Shown here piece by piece: positions 1-9,354 of a stretch of 64,000 bases of DNA (positions are counted from its first letter, which is position 1; each line of letters begins with the position of its first letter). The translations under genes were made by a program, and so were the position numbers. This DNA is from Candidatus Gastranaerophilales bacterium. Lineage in GTDB: Bacteria; Cyanobacteriota; Vampirovibrionia; Gastranaerophilales; Gastranaerophilaceae. Where the stretch lies: positions 12,806-76,805 of the forward strand of contig CALUTK010000001.1 of assembly GCA_944323675.1 (NCBI GenBank), in the 5' to 3' direction. Under the pieces are notes generated by a model that saw only the letters and a list, made by a program, of their open reading frames with translations, made no database searches and was not told where the DNA came from.

Positions 1-992
1 GCGTTGTTATGCTTATCGTATCAATATTTTTGGCAGTGAGTGCAAGTGTAATTCCGAAAAAGAATAAGCCAAAAGCCGAAGCCGATGGCCATGGCAGATT
101 TGAATGTTACTATAAAGGCGGACAGTTGTACCAGCAGATGTTTCAGGGCGTGAGTTCCGCAGGCGCTACAGCGGTTTCGGAGTGCCGTTTTAATCCGCCA
201 ATGTACGCTAAATATATTGTAATCAACGTTGTCGGCGGCGGGGGCGGCGGTACCGGCGGTAATGGCGGCGAACCGGGCGGATTTTATAGTTCCTTCCATA
301 CTTCTGCAAGATCCGCTTTTGTAATGGTGCCGGGTAAAGGCGGCGGTGCAGGTAATGACGGTACTTCAACGAGTGTTTATTATGAAGATAATAGAGGCGG
401 TGACCCTATTGTAACCGCAGAAGGCGGGTTGTCAAAACGTGAACTGAAAGATGCCAGAACCAGTGATATCAAACAGTGTGCTATTACTGCTGGTACATCT
501 TCTGTTGGAGCTGATATTGCCTGCGGATCAATTCCTTTATGTGAGGTAGTTGGTGAGAATATCTACGTTCAATATTGTTTTTCAGCTTCCGTATATAAGT
601 CAAAATATTTAGATTTGCAAACAGATATTATTCAAAGACCTTCTGATGAGTGGTTAAAACCACCTGTATTAAATGATAGCGAAGCAACTATTACATATTA
701 TGATCAGGGTTTGCTTGATGAATATAATATGGATTTGAAATCATATTTAGATGCTTATAGAGGAACCATTTATTGGGATGCTCTTTTGCAAGCTTTAGAA
801 CAGTCTTACCCTACACTTTTCACAATGGTTTTGACATTTGATTTACACAGAAGTAATACCGTGACTCCATCATTATTAATGAACTATCTGGAAGGTATGG
901 GGATTACAACAGGTATTGCAGAATACAAGCCGGGGCAAGGCGGAGCACCTGGCGGTGCCGGTAATGATGGTGCGGTATTTATAACTTGGTAA
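1..992 (+). CDS. Glycine-rich repeat protein, 5' end cut by window edge; paralog of 1025..3268
   Basis: Frame stays open to nt 1 (in phase with nt 3). LIVSIFLAVSASVIPKK aligns with the prepilin-type hydrophobic helix of the neighbour. Shared blocks ECYYKGGQL/MCYDVGGGQL, C(R/K)F(N/E)PP and a hydrophobic strand followed by GGGGGG runs. C-terminus GNDGAVFITW vs GHSGALIIRW. Confidence 0.7.
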   Translation, partial: VVMLIVSIFLAVSASVIPKKNKPKAEADGHGRFECYYKGGQLYQQMFQGVSSAGATAVSECRFNPPMYAKYIVINVVGGGGGGTGGNGGEPGGFYSSFHTSARSAFVMVPGKGGGAGNDGTSTSVYYEDNRGGDPIVTAEGGLSKRELKDARTSDIKQCAITAGTSSVGADIACGSIPLCEVVGENIYVQYCFSASVYKSKYLDLQTDIIQRPSDEWLKPPVLNDSEATITYYDQGLLDEYNMDLKSYLDAYRGTIYWDALLQALEQSYPTLFTMVLTFDLHRSNTVTPSLLMNYLEGMGITTGIAEYKPGQGGAPGGAGNDGAVFITW

Positions 993-1024
993 TTAATAAG
1001 AATTAGATATACGAGGAGGATGAA

Positions 1025-3268
1025 TTGACAAAACAAAAGAAAAAAGGATTTTCAATGGTGGAGATTATGCTCCTGCTGTTATTTGTATCATTGATAACAG
1101 CGGCATTGACCCCCGTTGTAACGAAAAAACACTTTAAAATGCCAAGGCCGGCAAGCCATGGCGCCTATATGTGTTATGATGTCGGCGGCGGACAGCTCCA
1201 TGAAGTCCGTTTTTCCGGCAAAGCTTTGACAACAAAAGTTTTTGACCGTAATGTTGCACAGTGTAAATTTGAACCGCCGGAAAAGGTTTCATACTTCCAT
1301 GTTTCTGCTATCGGCGGCGGTGGCGGCGGTGGCGATTCTGGTTATGAAGGTGGTTCGTATCTTACTTTGGGGCCTTACACCGAACAAATGTACCCAATAG
1401 GAATTACTGCTGCTATGGTTGATGAACGCCATAGAGATATTACTGCAAATGATTTTCTCAACTTTGGCGGTAAAATATATGCCTTTGTTCATGGCGCAGC
1501 ATCGGGTGCTGGTGGAGACCAATTATATGCTACAAGAAGTGATTCTTATCCTTGTACAAAATCTCATAAAGAAACACATACTTATACAACTACATACAGA
1601 ACATCTAGTTGTGATGGCTGGGAAACTGTTGAAGTAGAAGATTACCATAGTGATGATTCAAGTGGAGGTACAAGTAACTGGGGCAGTGATTCAGATAGTG
1701 ACAGAGATCCACCATCAACTTCTCATGAAAAAGACCCTACTCCTGATAATCCAGATACTCCACCGGATAATCCAAATCATGGTGTAGAGCAGGCTACTCA
1801 AGAAGGTACTGCTACGGTACACCCTGATGGTACTACCACATTTGATCCAGATCCACCGCCTCCTGCTGTGGATAAAATAAATGGTGGAGGTATCCAGCTT
1901 CCTGGAAATTTCCCAATTCCTGGAGTTGGTAATAATACTTATAATTTGAAAGACAACAAGTTAAGACTTGATTTACCAAAATTCAGATTCTACAATCCGA
2001 ATGATTCTTTTGCTATGCTTCACCCGAAATATGCATTCCTGTTTTCAAGGGTAAGCAATGATCTTCTGGCATATACTTACCAAAAATGTACAGGATATAG
2101 TTACAGTACACATTCTACAGTCCGCACATCTGTTACAACTGTTTGTGATCAGCACAGAAATTATTATACATATGGTACTGCTACATATACCGGCGGTGCA
2201 GGTGCAGCTGGAGCTGTATGTCGTAGTAATATCAAAAATGGTGGAGTTGGATTAGAACATTCTGTTGTAAATGTTCCGGCTAATGGACGAGACGGTAATG
2301 ACTGTTATCCGGGATACAACCTTTCTCCGGAATATGACAGCCCGCATTATCCGCCGACATATTGTACAAGTTGTTCCGGCAGACCTGAAGATGGGTTTAC
2401 CGCAGGCTCTACATACAGTACAATAACATTTGGCAGTACTGAACAAGGCGTTGATACCGTTAATGCACAGAATTCTCCTCACGGAGGTTATGGCGCAAGT
2501 TGTAGTGGTGATGGTGCTAATGGTACCCCGGGAACTTCTTGTAGTCCGGCAACAGTTACAGAAGGATGCTCTCCTAGTCGTTATGGTTACTGTCTAAAGA
2601 GATGGAACAAATCTAATTGGGAAGCTAACACTACATATGAATATAAATATACCTATAGCCAGAACTATCTGCAGTATGGTTTACCTGGATTGCAGGGTCA
2701 ATACAAAACCATGGTAATCAGATCATTTAAAGATAAAGACCTTTTGATTACGATAGGTAAAGGCGGCGCTAAAGGTGTCGACGGCGGTCAGGGCGAAAGC
2801 GGTACTGATACTATCTTTGGTAACGTAATCACAGCCAAAGGCGGTGTCGGCGGTGAAGGCGGTAAGCTCACCCCATCTGAAAAGCTGATAGGTTACAGAG
2901 GTGGAGCTGAAAGCTGGCCTGCAGGTGTTACTAATGCTGATTATGTCGAAGGAAAACGTATTGTCCGTGAAGAAGGCGGCGTTGACCCGGATAAACCAAT
3001 GCCGGACAATCTCTCTTCCAACATTATGAACTTCCTCGCACCGCAGGATAGCGTCGTAATCTCTGATATTATGGAAACCTACCGTATCGGTTACGGTGGT
3101 AAAGGCGGAGGTTCTAGACACAACTGCTGGTTCGGCGAGTACAGAAAATGGCTCGACGGCGGTGAACTTGAACACAGTTATCCGTTGCCGCCTGATGCTT
3201 GTCGTAATAATTACGAGCGTATCGAAGCAGAAGACGGTCATAGCGGCGCACTCATCATCCGCTGGTAA
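1025..3268 (+). CDS. Large protein with type IV prepilin-type N-terminus and Gly-rich/Cys-rich C-terminal region (pilus-associated adhesin-like)
   Basis: TTG start just after GGAGGA. Leader MTKQKKKG|FSMVE has Gly-1, Phe+1, Glu+5 followed by a hydrophobic helix. Runs GGGGGGG, GKGGAKGVDGGQGESG, GGVGGEGG; S/D/P-rich linker (SDSDSDRDPPSTSHEKDPTPDNPDTPPDNP); many Cys. Confidence 0.75.
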   Translation: MTKQKKKGFSMVEIMLLLLFVSLITAALTPVVTKKHFKMPRPASHGAYMCYDVGGGQLHEVRFSGKALTTKVFDRNVAQCKFEPPEKVSYFHVSAIGGGGGGGDSGYEGGSYLTLGPYTEQMYPIGITAAMVDERHRDITANDFLNFGGKIYAFVHGAASGAGGDQLYATRSDSYPCTKSHKETHTYTTTYRTSSCDGWETVEVEDYHSDDSSGGTSNWGSDSDSDRDPPSTSHEKDPTPDNPDTPPDNPNHGVEQATQEGTATVHPDGTTTFDPDPPPPAVDKINGGGIQLPGNFPIPGVGNNTYNLKDNKLRLDLPKFRFYNPNDSFAMLHPKYAFLFSRVSNDLLAYTYQKCTGYSYSTHSTVRTSVTTVCDQHRNYYTYGTATYTGGAGAAGAVCRSNIKNGGVGLEHSVVNVPANGRDGNDCYPGYNLSPEYDSPHYPPTYCTSCSGRPEDGFTAGSTYSTITFGSTEQGVDTVNAQNSPHGGYGASCSGDGANGTPGTSCSPATVTEGCSPSRYGYCLKRWNKSNWEANTTYEYKYTYSQNYLQYGLPGLQGQYKTMVIRSFKDKDLLITIGKGGAKGVDGGQGESGTDTIFGNVITAKGGVGGEGGKLTPSEKLIGYRGGAESWPAGVTNADYVEGKRIVREEGGVDPDKPMPDNLSSNIMNFLAPQDSVVISDIMETYRIGYGGKGGGSRHNCWFGEYRKWLDGGELEHSYPLPPDACRNNYERIEAEDGHSGALIIRW

Positions 3269-3278
3269 TATATCAAAA

Positions 3279-3311
3279 GAACCTCACTTATCATAAGTGA
3301 GGTTCTTTTTT
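3279..3311 (+). terminator. Rho-independent terminator after the Gly-rich gene pair
   Basis: gaacctcactta-tca-taagtgaggttc forms a perfect 12-bp stem, followed by tttttt. Confidence 0.85.
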
Positions 3312-3370
3312 ACCAATTCTTGCATTTGCTATTTTATTCTGCTAAAATTTCCGTAAGAGGGAGATTGCTT

Positions 3371-5548
3371 ATGCTTTTGTTGCTTTGTTCTATTATTCTT
3401 GTACTTTTAAGCGCCTTTTTTATCGCGAATATTTTCGATTCCAAAAATGCAGTAAATAATATAATAGCTTTCTTTCTCGCCGCTTTTGCCAACATCGTTT
3501 TAACATTTGAAATACTATCTCTTTTTCAAGGAATTTCTCGCTCAAATGTACTTATCCTGAACTCCCTATTTGCAATATTATCTTTCATCCCGTGGAATTT
3601 GAAAAAATATCCCGTTCTTAAGTTCAACTTTAAAGAAGCAATAAATAAATTTCTTGTTACTGCAAAACTTGATAAAACTATTCTTTTTATGACGCTGGCA
3701 TTTATTTTTGCCTGCCTCGTCTCTCTCTGGCTTATATCATTTGTTCCGGGTATTGACGTGGATTCAACAACCTATAGAGTTGTCCGTGCACTCTTCTGGG
3801 TCGAACAGGGCAGCCTTAATCATATTCTCGCTCCCGACCCGCGTATGGTTATGTTCCCGATTAATTCAGAAATCCTTTATGCCTGGTTTATACTTTTCCT
3901 CAAAAGTGATTTGTGGATCTTTATCTTCAACTTCTGCGGTCTGGGACTATTTCTCACCGTTCTATACGGGCTTCTCTCAAATATTACAGCTTCCTTAAGA
4001 AAAAAACTCTGGGTCCTCCTTATCACTGCCTCAATTCCTTTTGTTGTAGTAAGGTATACAGGGCTGGAAACAGGAGTTATTATAGCAGCCCTCGTTTTAT
4101 GTACTATTTATTTCTACATTGAATATCTTAAAAATAAGAAAAAATCTCTTTGCTTTATGGCTGCACTGGCGCTCGCGCTCGGTGTCGGAACTAAAACAAC
4201 TGTTATCCTTATGATGCCGGCTCTCTTCCTCTGGTGTGTCTGGTATAGCGTTTTTTGTGAAAAAAAGAATTTCTATAAGCCGATTGCCCGTTTTACTCTA
4301 TATTTTTCTATCTCTTTTTTAATATTTGCTTCTTATAATTATTTTTTAAATTATATTAATTACGGACACTTTATCTCCGCGATGAACGTAGCTGTCGGAC
4401 ATTCTAATACAGACGGGTTTCTTTCAACATTTTCGAATCTCTATAGATATCTTTTCGACTTTTTTTCTTTTCCTGAATATATCTGGAGTGCAGGTTTTTC
4501 CTCCACTATCCTCCTTCTGCGTGAAGGCGTTTTAAACATGTTAAATGCAAATAACGGTTTGGGATATACTTTTGTTGTGTTCCCGTATGTTGCACATTCC
4601 GTTTCTTCCGCAAGTTCTGCTTTGGGACTTTTCGGCCCTCTTCTCTTTATTCCTTTGTATGTTTTTGCAATATATAAAAGTTTTCGTGTTCACAGCAGAA
4701 AAACGAGGCTGATGGCATCTTTTGTCTATATGTTTCTTGTAACAGTTTTTGTTATGGCTTATAAGCTTGCTTTTATGAGTTTTAACATTCGCTTTTTTGC
4801 AACATTTGCAATGTTGACTATACCTGTACTATGTTATGCTTATTCAAAAAAATATACGTTTTATAAGCTCTTATTAACTGTAATCGCTCTTTTCTATTTG
4901 ATTAATTTATCCACAAATATTACCTTGTATCCGGTTAAATATATAGTCAATGCCCTCGAACAGGGAGTTACTCCGGAAGTTTTATGTAATATAACGGAAT
5001 GTTCCGGTTTTAGTGTTGATTTGGATATAAAAAAATACGACATTAAAGATGTTTCGTGTTATGTAAGTAAAACGATAAGAAAATTTAGTCCTAAAAATAA
5101 AATTTTATTTTTTGCTGATTCTGATAATTCGTTAATGCCAATAAAAAGGCTTATGTTTGAAGGGTATAAGATAGATATTGCAACCGCGACGGAGATTGAT
5201 AAAATCAATATGAATGACTATAACATTATAATTACATGTAACGATGAGCAGTCAATAAGAACAATTTTATCTTTTGACAAAAAACTTGATGAATACGGAT
5301 ATACACATCAAAATGGAGTCTCCTGTTGTTATATTGCCTTTGGCGGTGATATTATAAAGGATTTGTCAAAGGACATAAAACTTTTAGATAATGCTCAGTG
5401 TATTTTTACAGAAGATTTTTATCATCATTATAATTTAAAACGGCTTAACAGGACGACCTATCGGATAGGGGTGAAGAATGATGGCTCAATAGAGCGAAAA
5501 ACCTATAATTTCTATGAAAATTTAAATAATCCGGTAATTCGTGAATAA
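3371..5548 (+). CDS. Polytopic membrane protein, GT-C-fold (ArnT/PMT-like) glycosyltransferase candidate with soluble C-terminal domain
   Basis: The track start (TTG 3320) abuts the upstream terminator. ATG 3371 is preceded by AGAGGGAG. At least 12 hydrophobic segments over about 540 aa, D-x-D in an early loop (PGIDVDSTTYR), and a hydrophilic tail of about 200 aa. Family call rests on topology only. Confidence 0.55.
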   Translation: MLLLLCSIILVLLSAFFIANIFDSKNAVNNIIAFFLAAFANIVLTFEILSLFQGISRSNVLILNSLFAILSFIPWNLKKYPVLKFNFKEAINKFLVTAKLDKTILFMTLAFIFACLVSLWLISFVPGIDVDSTTYRVVRALFWVEQGSLNHILAPDPRMVMFPINSEILYAWFILFLKSDLWIFIFNFCGLGLFLTVLYGLLSNITASLRKKLWVLLITASIPFVVVRYTGLETGVIIAALVLCTIYFYIEYLKNKKKSLCFMAALALALGVGTKTTVILMMPALFLWCVWYSVFCEKKNFYKPIARFTLYFSISFLIFASYNYFLNYINYGHFISAMNVAVGHSNTDGFLSTFSNLYRYLFDFFSFPEYIWSAGFSSTILLLREGVLNMLNANNGLGYTFVVFPYVAHSVSSASSALGLFGPLLFIPLYVFAIYKSFRVHSRKTRLMASFVYMFLVTVFVMAYKLAFMSFNIRFFATFAMLTIPVLCYAYSKKYTFYKLLLTVIALFYLINLSTNITLYPVKYIVNALEQGVTPEVLCNITECSGFSVDLDIKKYDIKDVSCYVSKTIRKFSPKNKILFFADSDNSLMPIKRLMFEGYKIDIATATEIDKINMNDYNIIITCNDEQSIRTILSFDKKLDEYGYTHQNGVSCCYIAFGGDIIKDLSKDIKLLDNAQCIFTEDFYHHYNLKRLNRTTYRIGVKNDGSIERKTYNFYENLNNPVIRE

Positions 5549-5624
5549 GTCGGTGCCGTTGTGCTGTCTTTGGGTATTCTCTGTTTGGATTTTGAGTAAC
5601 GGGCAAGCAGTTTTTTATTTGTGG

Positions 5625-6419
5625 TTACAAAATATTTTCGAGAAAATAGTTAAGTATTTTTTCGACTGTGGGAATTACTCGTTGTTTTATATTCTCGTCT
5701 GGATAAGTTAAGTTTTTAAAATATTCAATATCATCTTTCAGCGTATGATACGTATTAACTTTATATGTATCAGCCTCTCCTCCTTTAATGCGAGCAAGGT
5801 CATCCTCTGCATAAACAAGAGTTCTGAATGTATCATACATCGCTTCCGGGTTGTAATATTCTGATTCACTGTTGATTGTATTGACGTTATCTATATCTTT
5901 TAAAAGTTTTACCAGTTTATCCTGTTTTTCTTTTGGAAGACTGGCAAATGCAGCAATCGGTTCTTTAGCGCTGGTAAATTCATACTGAGCGAATTCAAGG
6001 ATTGCAAATCTTTCATCTTCAGGCCGTCCTGCAGTAAGGTTTAAAACTCGTTTAAGAAAATTTTTATCAGGCTTTTCTGCGTATTCTTCCGACTCGAGAC
6101 AAAAAATTTCTTTTAATACATTTGTTTTATTCGCAGGATTTTGCTCTTTTCTCAAGGAACCAAGCATTTCTGTAATATCATATTCATCAAACATTCTGCA
6201 TCTGTGATTTCTTACTTTTCGCAATATTTGAATACATTCTGCCTCAAATGCATCCTGAGCTTTGGCAAGTGAGCCGAAATAGACATTTGCCCCTTTTGTA
6301 TTGTATATAGATGTTTCAACCTTGTTTTTATTTTGCGCTGCGCTATCGGGAGTATACTTTGTCAGGCATGGCTGCCGGGTTTGATAGTTTATGAGCGATG
6401 AAACCGGAGATATATTCAT
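5625..6419 (-). CDS. Hypothetical helical protein; member of the N-terminal-motif family (MNISPVSS...ANVYFGS)
   Basis: 264-aa ORF with an AGGGAA SD-like element upstream. N-terminus matches the motif shared with 14582..22109 and others. No recognisable domain. Confidence 0.6.
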   Translation of the reverse strand: MNISPVSSLINYQTRQPCLTKYTPDSAAQNKNKVETSIYNTKGANVYFGSLAKAQDAFEAECIQILRKVRNHRCRMFDEYDITEMLGSLRKEQNPANKTNVLKEIFCLESEEYAEKPDKNFLKRVLNLTAGRPEDERFAILEFAQYEFTSAKEPIAAFASLPKEKQDKLVKLLKDIDNVNTINSESEYYNPEAMYDTFRTLVYAEDDLARIKGGEADTYKVNTYHTLKDDIEYFKNLTYPDENIKQRVIPTVEKILNYFLENIL

Positions 6420-6512
6420 TTTTTTATTCCCTAATCGTTATTCCGGAATAGATAAAAATCATAAATGTTTGTGATTGCCTTTTTCTAAGGTTTTGTTAAT
6501 AAATATTAATAT

Positions 6513-6539
6513 AAAAGCGGTCTTTATAAGACCGCTTTT
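6513..6539 (-). terminator. Intrinsic terminator downstream of the fprA small-ORF unit
   Basis: aaaagcggtc-tttataa-gaccgctttt hairpin directly after the stop at 6542; T-run on the minus strand. Confidence 0.7.
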
Positions 6540-6541
6540 AG

Positions 6542-6724
6542 TTATTTATTATCTTTATTTTCCGTTTTTTCGGAGGCGGTAAATGTATCTTTTTTAGGTG
6601 ATCTTACAAGTTTGTCCGGAGCTTTTTCCGTGTAATTATTTGAGGCTGCATCTTTTTTTACTCTTGAGGTTTCCCCGATGTGAGTATCTTTTTTGAGTCC
6701 CAATTTCACCATAATGTCTGACAT
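6542..6724 (-). CDS. Small Lys-rich hypothetical protein (60 aa) co-transcribed with fprA
   Basis: ATG at 6724 sits 6 nt after GGAGG. The track start (GTG 6748) overlaps the fprA stop and lacks an SD. A terminator follows the gene. Confidence 0.5.
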   Translation of the reverse strand: MSDIMVKLGLKKDTHIGETSRVKKDAASNNYTEKAPDKLVRSPKKDTFTASEKTENKDNK

Positions 6725-6747
6725 AATTTCCTCCCTATTGTTTGACA

Positions 6748-7932
6748 CTAAACTAAATTTAACGACTTATGATTATTATATATCGTTTCAATTAATATAT
6801 CAAGTTTTTCATAATCTTCTTTTTTAGGTTTACCTTTAACAAGTACGGGCTCGATTGATTCAACTTTTAATCCGGAAAGCATCTGTGATAAAGTACCGAA
6901 AAGGTTTCCGCCCCAGCCATAGGAACCTACAAATGTTGCGAATTTTGCTTTTGGTTTAAGAATATTTGCGAGGTATGCAACATTCACAGCCATCGGGTGA
7001 GGTCCTGCAAGAACCATTGAACTTCCGAGAACTATTGTAGTTGCATCAACAAGTCCCATTGCAAGGTCGCCGAGGTCTCCGGTTACGATATCAAATACCT
7101 GCGTGTTAATACCTTTTTCATTCAGTTTTTTAGCAATATAATCAATCATTTCTTCCGTGCTGTTGTACATGGAAACATACGGAAGAAGCACTAAATTCTT
7201 ACCTTCATCGGCAGTCCAATCTTCGTACAAATCAAGAATAAAATCCGGATTTTTGTAAATTGGTCCATGGCTTGGTAAAATCATATCAGGATTTAATTCT
7301 TTAACCTGTTTTGTATATTTTTTGCAGAGGTTTCTGAAAGGCATCATAATTTCTGCGTAGTAACGCTTTGCACTGTGTTCCACTTCTGTTGTATCAGGGC
7401 AGAAGATTTCATCAAAGGTATAATGAGCCCCTAAAAAGTCGCAGGTGCAAAGAAGATTGTCTTCAACAATATGAGTAAACATTGTATCCGGCCAGTGAAC
7501 CCCGGGAGCAATTAAAAATTTTAAAGTTTTATCTCCGAGCGAAAGTTCATCACCGTTTTTTACGACCTGAATTTTTTCTTCCGGAACCAGAAGCATTTCC
7601 ATTATGTTGCCCTTACAAATAGCATTTGTTACAACAACTGCCTCAGGGTATTTTTCAAGTAATTTAGGGATTGTGCCTGTGTGATCCTGCTCGCCGTGGT
7701 TTGCTATTATATAATCAACCTTTGTAATCCCGTTTTCGTCAAAGTTTTTTAAATATTCATCGGATTTCGGCGGGTACATAGTATCAATAATTGCAGTTTT
7801 TTCACTTCCTTTTACGAGGTATGAATTATAAGTTGTACCGTGTTCGAGCGGAATAAGTTCATCAAAAATTCTTCTTTCGCAGTCGTTTAATCCGCAGTAA
7901 AAAACATTATTCTTAATTTCACGAAATTTCAT
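6748..7932 (-). CDS. fprA: Flavodiiron protein (A-type flavoprotein, O2/NO reductase)
   Basis: 394 aa. Metallo-beta-lactamase-like N-domain with the diiron signature HGEQDHTG (H-x-E-x-D-H), plus a C-terminal flavodoxin-like domain (IVLGSSM..., GSYGWGG). Confidence 0.9.
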   Translation of the reverse strand: MKFREIKNNVFYCGLNDCERRIFDELIPLEHGTTYNSYLVKGSEKTAIIDTMYPPKSDEYLKNFDENGITKVDYIIANHGEQDHTGTIPKLLEKYPEAVVVTNAICKGNIMEMLLVPEEKIQVVKNGDELSLGDKTLKFLIAPGVHWPDTMFTHIVEDNLLCTCDFLGAHYTFDEIFCPDTTEVEHSAKRYYAEIMMPFRNLCKKYTKQVKELNPDMILPSHGPIYKNPDFILDLYEDWTADEGKNLVLLPYVSMYNSTEEMIDYIAKKLNEKGINTQVFDIVTGDLGDLAMGLVDATTIVLGSSMVLAGPHPMAVNVAYLANILKPKAKFATFVGSYGWGGNLFGTLSQMLSGLKVESIEPVLVKGKPKKEDYEKLDILIETIYNNHKSLNLV

Positions 7933-8062
7933 AATTTTCTCCTTGTATATTTATTAAATTAATCGGGGCTATATTTTTTGCGGAAGCCTTTATACACCGC
8001 ATGCCTGCACCCTTGAAAATCCCTAAACCTTTAACATACTTTCAGCGTATTAATTTTAACAT

Positions 8063-8097
8063 AAAAAAGCGGCTTTGCAAGTTTTGAAAAGCCGCTT
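8063..8097 (-). terminator. Intrinsic terminator after rubrerythrin
   Basis: The minus strand reads aagcggcttt-tcaaaacttgc-aaagccgctt followed by ttttttat. Confidence 0.75.
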
Positions 8098-8103
8098 CTG
8101 TTA

Positions 8104-8646
8104 CTAGTAATTTTTTGCCTTCATAAAGAAATAAGCTTGCGGGTGTTTGCACACAGGGCATAGTTCCGGAGCTTTTTCTCCTTCAAAAGTGTGTCCGCAG
8201 TTTGCGCATTCCCACACTACTGCCGACGGCTTTTCAAAAACTGTATTATTTTTTATGTTTTCGAGAAGTTTTCTGTAACGTTCTTCGTGTTCTTTCTCGA
8301 TTTTGCCTACCATTTCAAAAAGGATTGCGAGAGTGTCAAAACCTTCTTCTTTTGCTTCTTTTGCAAAACGTGCGTACATGTCGGTCCACTCGTAATTTTC
8401 ACCGTTTGCCGCATCTTCAAGGTTTTTAATTGTTTCAGGAATTTTATTTCCTTCATGCAAATATTTAAACCAGATTTTTGCGTGTTCTTTTTCGTTATTT
8501 GCGGTTTCTTCAAAAATTTTACTTATTTGAACAAACCCTTCTTTTTTTGCCTGTGAAGCATAGTAGGTATATTTGTTTCTTGCCTGAGATTCTCCTGCGA
8601 AAGCCTCAAGAAGATTTTTTTCAGTCTTCGAGCCTTTTAATTCCAT
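8104..8646 (-). CDS. rbr: Rubrerythrin
   Basis: N-terminal ferritin-like diiron domain ([24 protein letters not shown], two E-x-x-H helices) plus a C-terminal rubredoxin-like CANCGH...CPVCKHP. Confidence 0.92.
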   Translation of the reverse strand: MELKGSKTEKNLLEAFAGESQARNKYTYYASQAKKEGFVQISKIFEETANNEKEHAKIWFKYLHEGNKIPETIKNLEDAANGENYEWTDMYARFAKEAKEEGFDTLAILFEMVGKIEKEHEERYRKLLENIKNNTVFEKPSAVVWECANCGHTFEGEKAPELCPVCKHPQAYFFMKAKNY

Positions 8647-8670
8647 AAAACTTTCTCCTTATTTTAAAAA

Positions 8671-8814
8671 TTAACCTTCGTATTTTTCAAACATGTCTTT
8701 GCCTACATTGCAAAGAGGACAGGTGTAATCTTCAGGTAAATCTTCAAAACTTACATTGTCATTTTCTGCAGGATCATAGATGTAGCCGCATACTGTGCAT
8801 TGAAATTTTTCCAT
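8671..8814 (-). CDS. Rubredoxin (47 aa), absent from the supplied ORF track
   Basis: Translation [47 protein letters not shown]. It has two CxxC pairs (CTVCG, CPLCN) and aromatic spacing typical of rubredoxin. AAGGAG lies 6 nt upstream of the ATG. Confidence 0.9.
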   Translation of the reverse strand: MEKFQCTVCGYIYDPAENDNVSFEDLPEDYTCPLCNVGKDMFEKYEG

Positions 8815-8825
8815 AATTTTCTCCT

Positions 8826-9200
8826 TTACTTATTGCAGTCTTTACAAAGTCCGTGAAACACTATATCAGAACCTTTTATTGTAAAACCTGTTTCATCCTG
8901 TGCTTTTTTCACCAGATCCGGTGCGACATTCGCACTAATGTCGTAAACTTTCTTACACTTATCGCATATAAAATGATAATGTTCATGCGTATTGTGGTCA
9001 TAATGAGAGGACGATTCCAGTCCGTCAATCTTCTTTATTATCCCGTTTTCAGCCAGCTGGTTAAGATTTCTGTATAATGTTGCAAGGCTGATTGTAGAAT
9101 TCTCTTTTTTTAATACGTCATACAAATATTCTGCTGTCGGGTGGACAACATTTTCTTTTAATGTATTCAGGATAGTTTCTCTTTGCTTTGAGTAATTCAT
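8826..9200 (-). CDS. perR: Fur-family regulator, PerR-like
   Basis: Winged-helix N-domain ([11 protein letters not shown]...SLATLYRNL), His-rich [11 protein letters not shown], and CDKC...CKDC zinc site. ATG 9200 is preferred over the track TTG at 9224, which lies inside the operator. Confidence 0.8.
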   Translation of the reverse strand: MNYSKQRETILNTLKENVVHPTAEYLYDVLKKENSTISLATLYRNLNQLAENGIIKKIDGLESSSHYDHNTHEHYHFICDKCKKVYDISANVAPDLVKKAQDETGFTIKGSDIVFHGLCKDCNK

Positions 9201-9215
9201 TATATTTTCTAAACT

Positions 9216-9258
9216 TGATAACAATTCTCATTTTATCTGATATTAATTTATTTGTCAA
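9216..9258 (-). promoter_or_regulatory. Sigma70-type promoter with overlapping Fur/PerR-type 7-1-7 box for the perR-rd-rbr operon
   Basis: On the minus strand: TTGACA (9258..9253), 17 nt, TAAAAT (9235..9230). Directly downstream, TGATAACAATTCTCA (9216..9230) matches TGATAATNATTATCA at 12 of 14 defined positions. Confidence 0.65.
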
Positions 9259-9354
9259 GCTTTAGAGAAAATTAAAATGAAGGAATATTAAGCCTGTTTG
9301 AAAAAATCTTAAACATAGCGGCAATTTTTAAGAGGTTTTTGTTTTAATAAAAGT

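Noticed and set aside
3320-3370. N-terminal extensions proposed by the ORF track at 3320, 10686, 11624, 17644, 31140, 40473, 47991, 59263, 6748 and 9224
   Set aside because: In each case an internal ATG with a proper SD gives a sensible N-terminus (signal peptide, family motif or conserved first block). The extension would overlap a terminator, promoter, operator or the upstream gene.
7953-7963. Palindrome ATTAA-A-TTAAT in the fprA leader as a second PerR box
   Set aside because: It is short, entirely A/T and unlike the 7-1-7 box at 9216..9230. Such palindromes are expected by chance in this composition.
8191-8556. Antisense ORFs inside rbr, and similar short ORFs nested in secD, topA, trkA, the efflux genes and the GH77-like gene
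   Set aside because: They lie opposite to, or out of frame within, strongly supported conserved genes. Their products are low-complexity and they lack translation signals.
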